A stretch of 64,000 bases of DNA from Dimorphilus gyrociliatus (Eukaryota; Animalia; Annelida): positions 310,001-374,000 of the forward strand of contig CAJFCJ010000024.1 of NCBI GenBank assembly GCA_904063045.1, given 5' to 3'. The notes beneath the pieces are model-generated. The model was given only the letters and a program-made list of their open reading frames with translations. It was not told the origin of the DNA and did not search any database. Of this stretch, positions 54,999 to 64,000 are shown piece after piece; the stretch's first letter is position 1, and every line of letters begins with the position of its first letter. Made by a program: the position numbers and the translations under genes.

Positions 54999-56490
54999 AG
55001 GAATTTAGAATAGAATGATCTCAATTAGAGTTGTTTTTACTTTTTTACTCTTTTACTCTAACTTTACAAAGAACCTATATATATATATATATAATTTATT
55101 TATATATATATATATATACATATATTTTTCACAGAAATCAACTATTTTTTATTCATCTCAATAAATTACTCTTTTACAAAAATCTCCCTTACTCTTCATC
55201 TCGTTTTACTCAGTATCCTAAACCTGCACACAAAAAAAATGCTATATTAACAATCCTATTTCAAGAATTGATTGTTATTAACACGAAAGAGACTATATCT
55301 TTGGAAGAAAGAAGGAAGAAAGAAACTGATATTCAAAAAACTATTATGTTCACTCTTTTTGGAATTTTTTTTTATATTCCTATAATGGACGTTTTTATAT
55401 ATATACAGTATATAAAATTACATATCCATTGATTTTAGATTACAAAATATGTAATAATACAAAATTGATAAAATAATCTTTTAAATACTTCTTTATACCT
55501 TTATTAATAATATTTTTGCGCAACTATTACCTAGTCACATGTTAGCTGATAAGGCAGACAAAAAAAAACATGTAGGCATAAACAAACTCTAGAAGAAAAC
55601 TTTGTCGAAATACTCTGATATATAATAAATGTATAGTTTAAATATTTAATGATGCAAGAAAGAATTGATTGATTGATTGATTTATTGATATTTTTATATT
55701 TTTCTTAATATTTTACATATTAATATATAAACGTATGGTCCCTTGCAAGCATTCTCTCAAAGCCTTGTTTTTTTTTTCACTTCCCTCTATGCTTCTAAAC
55801 TTTCATCCTCGTGTCATTTTTTTAGTTTAAAAGTATTATATACTGTTTTCTCGATACTTATCTTTATCATTTACATCCTATAAAACTTTAAAACTATATT
55901 TTAAATTTAAAAAAAAAACAGTTCCTAGCTATTCTAGATATTAGACAAAGATGTAAACAATGTTTTGTACTTAATAACCTCTTGCTGAGGATATAGGAGG
56001 AAATATATCAAAAGTTATCGATTTAGGTTTATTTTTTTCCTCCGTTCCTCCTTATTCCTCTCTTTACTTGAAACAAAATGAATTTAAAGATTATATAAGA
56101 GAAATTATTGATCATTCTAGTATAATGAGAAACCGAAAATTGCGTACTGATCTTTATACGCTCAATAATTAAATTAGATACAAACTAGTATCATGGTAAA
56201 TAGCTCTCGTTGTCCCTCCCTCTCTCTCTCTCTCTCTCTCATATGCACTCACCTACACACACACTCTTTTCTCTCTCACAATATCTTAAGCAATTGAAGC
56301 AATTCAATTATCGATAACAAAAAGATAAAACATAATTTATATATTATGCAATATACTTTATATATAACGAAAAGGAACAGCAGACTTGTTTTGATACTCT
56401 TTTTATTCATTTCTTAACATTTAAACCAAGATAAAGAAACTTTTCTATAATATTCGAAGAACAAATAGCTATCATTCAGGTTTAGATCAT

Positions 56491-58819
56491 TTATAAGTTC
56501 CGGTAAAAGGTATAGTTATGTTCTCTGACTAAATTATCAGATTCTTCCGGTCCTCGGGAACCGTATTCATATCTAAGGGGCGCAATTCGTTCTTCATCAA
56601 TTCTATGCAACAGTGGAGTAAAGATTCTCCAAGCTTCGGATAGTTCATCAGTTCGAACAAAGTGAGTTTGAGAATTGCGGAAGATGTCAAGAATTAACCT
56701 TTCGTAGGCGTCGGGTAGATTTTGACCAGGGTAACGAAGAGCGTAGGTTCTTTTGATGGAAAAAATAACCGTATGGCTTAATTAATCTATTCGTATCAAA
56801 AGAGGTTACGTTTAACTTACAGATCAAGCTCTGTTTCCTGACAATCGCTTGAATTTCCTGGTTGTTTTCCTATTATTTTTAAATAGATTGCTTCGTTCGG
56901 TTGTATTTGAATGACCAGCTCATTTCTAGCTAGCTCGCCTTTACTGAATATATCACCGGGAACATCCTTCATTTGAACTCTCACTTCGCATTTTCTTTCA
57001 TTCAAGGCTTTTCCAGCGCGAAGGATGAAAGGGACGCCATCCCATCTTTCATTCTTAACATACAATACCGTCGTTGCAAAAGTTGGAGTGATAGATCCTT
57101 AAAAAATGAAATTTTCTATTGATTTCTTTCACAATAAAGCATTAATAAAAAGTTTCCATACCTTTGTCTTGAAGAGTTTCGTCATCCAAATATCCCTTCT
57201 TAGACTCATCAGTTGTGCCATTCGGATCACCCTTATATTGGCCAAGGACAACATTATCGAGCTCAATAGGAGCTATACACTTTAAAACTTTTACTTTCTC
57301 ATCCCGAATATCTTCTGCATTTAAAGAAACAGGCTTTTCCATTGCGATTATAGATAGTATTTGGAGTAAATGATTTTGCATAATATCTCTATTGTAAAAA
57401 ATAATGTTTTATTAAAGAGTTCAAAGGGTAATAATATTAATTTGCATTTACCTAATTATACCAGATTGATCGAAGTATCCTAATCTGCCATATGTACCAA
57501 AGTTTTCTTTAAAAGATATAACTACTGATGCGATATTATCCCTATTCCATATTGGGGAAAATACACGATTACCAAACCTCTGGAAAACTAAATTTTGTAC
57601 CATTTCCTTTCCCAAATAATGATCAGTACGATATAATTGTTCTTCAGTGAATAAATCTAAAAAATCATTGAATATTCTTTAGAAATTTGAATTAGCATTA
57701 TCAATGTTTCTTTAAAAAAATTTTTTACTGGAAAGATGATCAGAAAGATTAGCGGAAGATTCTGAATCGTGTCCAAATGGTTTTTCAACAACAACTCTAG
57801 TCGAAGAATCACTAGAATTGATTTAATTAATTAATTAAAAAAACTGTTTATGCATATATTTAAATGAAATTAATATGTATAGAAAGGTCAAAAAAAAGAT
57901 CACTAACCCTCTTGCCATACAATGGTCATGTACTAGTTGGCTAAATGGTACATAAACTTCAGGAGGAAGTGCAAGGTAAAATATTCTATGTGCTTTTTCA
58001 CCTGATTAAATGATAATTGGTGTAGGAATTGTACAAGCCAATTGAGGTTATCAAAAATGTATAACGTACTTATTTGTGTAATATGAATATCTAGTCTTTC
58101 AAAGCTTTCACTGTGATCATAAGATTCAGCAGCTATATAAAAATTCCTTTTCCAAAATTCTTCCAATTTATCTATATCATTGCCAATGTTTCCGAAATAT
58201 TTTTCCACAGCTTTCCTTATAGTGGATACTGTTAGCTTTGATCTTGAATATCCAACGAAGAATGTATTTTTAGGCATTAAATCATTTTTATATAGCGACC
58301 ATAGGCTAGGATAAATTTTCCTCTTTGCTAAATCTCCCTGTTTAATTTAAAAAGGGTCACATTACTTTTCTTAGGATAAGATAAACTAAAATTGCATATT
58401 CAGTCCTCTGTTAATCAAACACGCGATCTTTCTTGAATTATCATTAGTTGAGATAGAGTCTTGTTGGTTACGAGTCCAACAGATGGCGTGCTTGGTTTCA
58501 TACCCTTCATTTCTACTATTTAATATAATATAACGACTGTGTTGAGACTTTTTTAAACATTTAAGTTGTATGAAAATTTATGAACCGTATGTCCTCTTGT
58601 GATAAGATATTGAAAAAATAACCAAGCTTCATATAATCCTATAGTCCTATAATCCTTTTCTTTCATACAGTATATACGTGACTATAAAATTAATGATTTG
58701 CTTTATCTTACCGAGGCTCCTCCAATGACGAATATATGAGGATCTTGATAATCTTTCATGCCTTTTAGGCCTTCTTCTCCTTTTTTATGGTCGTTCATTA
58801 TCAATTTTTCCTTTAAATC
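56491..58819 (-). CDS. G6PD: Glucose-6-phosphate 1-dehydrogenase, about 499 aa from the in-frame ATG at 58798 (true start uncertain)
   Basis: Exons 58819-58712, 58337-58070, 58001-57908, 57811-57729, 57656-57452, 57388-57162, 57097-56821, 56749-56491. Motifs [83 protein letters not shown]. Confidence 0.95.
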
Positions 58820-58890
58820 CTACTATAAATAAAGTAGCACAAAGTTAATTTATCAATGAATTAATTTGTTAAATAAATCTTTTGTGCCTA

Positions 58891-58923
<33 letters not shown>

Positions 58924-59803
58924 CTTCAAAATTTACATGTTTGATATATATTAGTATATAGATGCCTTTCAATCTCGTATTTTTTTCTTCACTATGTTTC
59001 TCCCTTTTCTTTCTCACCTTGTTCCTGGAATGCGTTTGACGTGGAAGCGACTATATCAATGGATTTAACTTCAATGAAAATAACCATTAAATTGTAAAAA
59101 TAAATTGTTAGATTATCTCATTATTAAATAATTGTATATTCATATGCTAATTAACAACATAAGTTTTAATTAAAATACCAATCTGTTCCGGGCAAATGTA
59201 TTAGTCGACAGGTGTATTAAATGATGTGATTTTTTAGATTGTATATTGCTCTATGGAAGAGTGCAACTTCTGGTTGGAAATACCATATTCTATATATTCT
59301 GTACATTTGCAATATTTTCCGAGTACAATGTTGTTTTTCCCATATTCTATAAAAGAAACGTATTACATAAGTACAAAATTATATATCTAAGATAAAAGGT
59401 ATTAATATTAATAGAAATAATGATAAATGGAAACGAGAAAATAGAAATAGAGAAAGAAGAGACAGAAGAGATTTCCATTAATATTTTCTTTGTTATTTAT
59501 TTAACAATTTTACAAGATGAAAACTTGTGTAAAATATAAAAGCAATACTAATAGCAAAGTATAAGCAATGTAATATTACTTACCACTATTAATTCACTGT
59601 GCCATATAATTTTTTCATTAGTTACAGTCAATCTTAACCTCTTTATATATGTCTACCTATAGTGTGCATATATATATAACTTTCCAAGACAGGATTATTA
59701 ATCAGAGACCTATGGTAGAGAGAGCTATCTTTATAAAAAAAAATTGCACTTTAACGACGATAAGGAATGTTTTATGTAATATACAAATTTTGCTATGTCC
59801 TAT

Positions 59804-59806
<3 letters not shown>

Positions 59807-59839
<33 letters not shown>
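59807..59839. repeat. (TC)n microsatellite
   Basis: Seen directly. Confidence 0.92.
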
Positions 59840-59842
<3 letters not shown>

Positions 59843-60681
59843 CTAGCTATAGGATATTATCTATGGACTCATAACTTAATATTACTATTGAATGTATATT
59901 TAATGATAATCTTCAATGTATCTAATACTTTTCCACTCTTTTCATTCACTTGTTATTAGATTCTCTTAAATGTTATATTTACTAATAATAATTAAAATAT
60001 TATGTAATTTGGTAATTATATCGAACTTGTGTTCTCTTTTATAGTTCGATTGTATCCCGCCCTTGACATTATTTTCTAAATTGCATAACAGATGTCGCTT
60101 TATCGTATAAATATTTTAAATTTCTGATAGGTCAACTAAATTTATCAATTACAAACTCAAACTATTAAAGAGGATTATAAGATAAATATATTTGTATTTC
60201 AGAAATAATTCGTCCTTTATATATAATCTAGAAAAAAGAGGGTGTGGCAGGAATAAAAAAGAAAAGGAGAGTAAGCAATATATTTAAAGAAAAAGTATCT
60301 TTTTCTTCTTCTTATTCTTCTTCTAAGAATTTCTCGAATTAGAATCGTATAGAAAATTGCATTATCCAGGAAAAATGTTCAATTTTTTTGTCATGTTGCA
60401 TAAAAGTCATGAATAAATTAAAATAGAAAGAGAAAAAGATTATCTTTCGTATTTTCAACGAATATATATATATCTAGGCTAAAAAGTAATTTTCCCATTA
60501 ATATAAACAGCCCCTCGCTGCATTATTCCCATTATAAATGCTGCTTAAGTGTTAAAATATCATTGAAAATGTGAATAAGATCATTAGGAAACTGATAATA
60601 GTAATAGTAGAGGTGCACCGAGTTATGATCTTAAAAAATACAAGAAAAACGATAGAATTTTATACTGAACTACCGGGGTTT

Positions 60682-60683
<2 letters not shown>

Positions 60684-60717
<34 letters not shown>

Positions 60718-60900
60718 GATATATATATATATTTATATATATGTTGTATAGGCATACGAATAACAAGCGATTGGCACTAATAGGGGTATGTTCTCATTGA
60801 AAAGGTTTGAAAAAAAAGTCATTAAATACGCTTCAGCTTGTAAATTAAATAAATATAGATCTATGCATAAAGTATATATATATATATATATATATATATA
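60684..60900. repeat. (TA)n microsatellite cluster
   Basis: TA runs at about 60684-60740 and 60873-60900; they account for the spurious YIYI ORFs. Confidence 0.9.
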
Positions 60901-61196
60901 CTCCGTTGCTAAATATACAACACATCTTTTACTTAAATGTATAAATAGGACATGTGAAAACAAAAAGTTATTATAAATCTGTAATGCATTTCTTTGCAAG
61001 AAATGAATAAAAAGAAAAATAAAGCGAAATAAACATTTATTAGGGGTAAAGGATGTATTTTCTAAAATTCTTTGAGAAGAAACTGTTTCATTTCATGAAG
61101 CGTATTAGTAAATAAAAACTTGAAAAAGAACACACCCCAAACGAATACTGCTATTAAAAAAAACGTTGCTTTTTCCTCTCGCACTTTTCCCGTCTC

Positions 61197-63980
61197 TTAC
61201 TCCGCTTTATTGGCTACTTCAGACAGATCTGGTACAAGCTCGTCGATCTTTTCTTCAGCCATTAGTTTCTTTTCCATTTGACAAAGCAAATTGACTCCAT
61301 CGACTACCTTTTGTACTAATTCTACTTCAGAAAAGCCTAACCTATCCAAGTTTGATATATCAAAAGTACCATCGGTTGATTCTGTATCAACTCCTCCAGT
61401 TCCTCTCTTTTGCAGCCTCAAATATTTGAGAATATTATCAAATCTGTCATCTTTGCATAGATTAGGTAATTTAACGTGTACGCCGGCTCTTAGACCAGTT
61501 CCGAGATTAGATGGGCAAGTTAAAACGTAGCCAAGATGTTCATTCCACATGAAATCATATCCTTGCTTCCTTATAGAACCCTCAACGAGTTTCAAACCTT
61601 CGCAGAATCTATCGAATACCAACTTCATATTTCCACCCTTTTCCATTGAGATAACCCTTAAGGAAACAATAGTTAAAATTATTATCCTGCACACTGAGAG
61701 AATAAGTAATCTGTTATATTTTACCTGGAGTGGTCTTCTTCATTAATCCAAACCAAAAAATTTTTATCCTTATTGTGGAATATTCCTCTGCCATCTGGCC
61801 AGTCCCTAGCCATTCCAGCGCAAGTAAGTAATGGAGAAACTGGCTTATCAAACAGGAAATGATCCGCAATAAGTTGATCTTGTTCTTTTTCTGTCATGCC
61901 TGATAATGGATAATATTTTCCCTTGAATTGCCCGCTCAAGCCAGAGAGCGCTTTAGTTAAAATTCTTTCAACTTCTCTTCTCTCGTGTCTAGTGCAATGA
62001 GGTGGTAAAGGAATAGGTCTTATCGAACGTCCAGTTCGGACACGAGAAGATAAGACAAGATCATTATCTAATTGACCATTCGTTATTTTCGATGAATCCA
62101 TATCAGTTGGGTGTTTTTTATCCTTTGTATAACCGTTATGACGATTCTCGATAATCGGATCCAGGAGATCCGCAAAGACTTCGTACGTTTCTTCGTCACC
62201 TGCTACCGCTCCAACTGTAAATATAAAAGGATGACCTGGATTGTCAACACCAGTCTGAATGACGCCATCCAGATTAAATCCACTCTTAGTTTTGGCATCT
62301 TTCAACTTTTCAAAAACTTCCTTTGTCAAGCATTTGGCCATCCAGTTGTTATGTTTGCTTAAATCTGGGAAATTGGATGCTTTAGGCTCGCACACTTTAA
62401 ATTCTGTAGCAATAGCAGTATTCTCATCTTCAGCTTCGTTTCTATAATTTTCGGGTAATAAATCGTCAAAAGATTTCTTTGCTTCGAGTCTCTTTTCGAT
62501 TTCAATCAATTTTCGAACACCATCCATTACTATTTGAACTTGCTGTACTTCGGATGTTCCAAGTCTATCCAAATTCGAAATATCAAAGGTACCATCTTTG
62601 GCCTCTGTATCAACACCTCCAGTTCCTCTCTTTTGTAAACGGAGGGCCTTGAGAATTCCAGCGAATTTACTGTCTTTTGCCAATTTTGGCAATTTGACGT
62701 GAACACCGGCTCTTAAACCTGTTCCAAGATTACTTGGGCAGGTTAATATGTAACCGAGATGCTCATTCCACATGAAGGAGTAGTTGCTTTTCTTGATGGA
62801 GTCTTCGAAACTATTTAAACCGGCACAGAACCTTTCAAAAACTCCCCTCATGTTTCCTCCTTTTTCCATGGATATAATTCGAGTATGATCTTCTTCATTT
62901 ACCCAAACAAGGAGATTCTTTGCATCGTTGTGGAAAATACCTCTTGCTTGGGGCCAATCTCTGGCCATTCCCGCGCATGTTAGCAATGGGGACACTGGTT
63001 TATCAAAGAGGAAATGATCCTCAATAAGTTTATTTTGTTCCTCTTCCGTCATGGTTTCCAATGAATAATATTTGCCAGCTAATTCACCCTGAAAAGAATT
63101 GCATGCCTCAACAACAAGAGTTTCAACCTTTTTCCTCTCTGCCCTGGTGCAAAACGGTGGTAACGCGATACCTTTTATCGATCTACCAGTACGGACTCTA
63201 GATGATAGCACATATTTTGAGTCTAATTCATCTCCTTCTAATTTAGTTGCATCTAGATCTGTTGTATGTTTCATATCCTTGGTATAGCCATTATGGCGTT
63301 TTTCAATGATAGGATCTAACAAATCAGCAAAAACCTCATAGGATTCTTCATCTCCAGCAACAGCTCCAACAGTCATGATGAAAGGATGACCTGGATTGTC
63401 GACACCTGTTTGTATAACTCCATCGATAGTAAAACCACTGCTAGTTTTCTTTTCCTTTAGCGAATCATAGATCTCAGGTGTGAGGCATTTTGCCATCCAG
63501 TTGTTGTGTTTTGAAAGATCTGGAAAATCTCCCGGTGGTCTTTCGACAATTGTTGGCCAGTGGTCGTCAATTGATTCACCTTTTTCCAAAGCCTTCTCAA
63601 TCTCAATTAGCGTCTCAACGCCATTGATAACTAATTGCACTAATTCGACTTCAGATTTACCAAGTCGATCAGCATTCGAAATATCAAAAGTTCCATCGGT
63701 AGAGGCAGTATCGACTCCCCCAGTTCCTCTCTTTTGAAGTCTGAGAAGTTTAAGTAATTCATCAAATTTGTTTTCTTTTGCTAAATGTGGTAATTTAACA
63801 TGCACACCAGCTCTTAAGCCGGTTCCGAGATTCGAAGGACAAGTAAGAATGAAGCCTAAGTGATCGTTCCACATAAACTCATGCCCCTGAGCCTTGATAG
63901 AAGCCTCAACCTTTTTTAATCCAGTACAAAATCTCTGAAAGACCTTTTTCATATTACCAGATGACTCCATGGAAATTACC
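61197..63980 (-). CDS. Multi-domain (at least three contiguous domains) creatine kinase, flagellar type; 5' part lies outside the window
   Basis: Exons 63980-61725 and 61656-61197; an upstream intron runs off the window edge. One C-terminal domain fragment plus two complete domains, each with [41 protein letters not shown], Wx[14 protein letters not shown] and GTGGVDT. The PFI Ile and GGV Val specificity-loop residues are those of creatine kinases. Confidence 0.93.
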
Positions 63981-64000
63981 CTGGATATAAAAAGGAAATT

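Noticed and set aside
58440-58520. Intronic segment translating as EMKGMKPS, echoing GLKGMKDY of the neighbouring G6PD exon (possible duplicated exon)
   Set aside because: Similarity is limited to four residues and the GAS Rossmann motif is absent.
58990-59087. Upstream ORF MVIFIEVKSIDIVASTSNAFQEQG with a GTGAG donor as G6PD exon 1
   Set aside because: Its phase-1 donor does not join the 58819 exon in frame. It may be a 5' UTR exon or uORF, but this is unsupported.

Overview
AT-rich, gene-dense eukaryotic DNA with many short (about 55-110 bp) GT-AG introns. It comes from an invertebrate with a compact genome. A lophotrochozoan, possibly a meiofaunal annelid, is an inference from gene content (innexin, multi-domain creatine kinase, GH3 xylosidase). 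I reconstructed 14 protein-coding genes by hand splicing and checked frame continuity across every junction. In order: GH3 beta-xylosidase-like (-), innexin (-), DC-STAMP/DCST sperm-fusion protein (+), GRIP multi-PDZ (-), Rab GDI (+), PP2A catalytic subunit (+), LRRC58-like LRR/BC-box protein (+), TNF receptor (+), TNF ligand (-), TBC1D25 (-), KLHL12 (+) with an ankyrin/SOCS-box gene nested antisense in intron 6, G6PD (-), and the 3' part of a multi-domain flagellar-type creatine kinase (-). The most striking feature is a TNF-superfamily ligand and a TNF-receptor gene lying tail-to-tail, 442 bp between stop codons. The ligand is split over five short exons that the ORF track mostly misses, and the receptor has almost no cytoplasmic tail. 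Other oddities: GRIP lacks PDZ6; G6PD has a frameshifted C-terminus that removes the structural-NADP Trp; the GH3 nucleophile Asp is changed to Glu; and AAG is used at about one fifth of the inferred 3' splice sites. I saw no rRNA, tRNA, CRISPR array or recognisable transposon.
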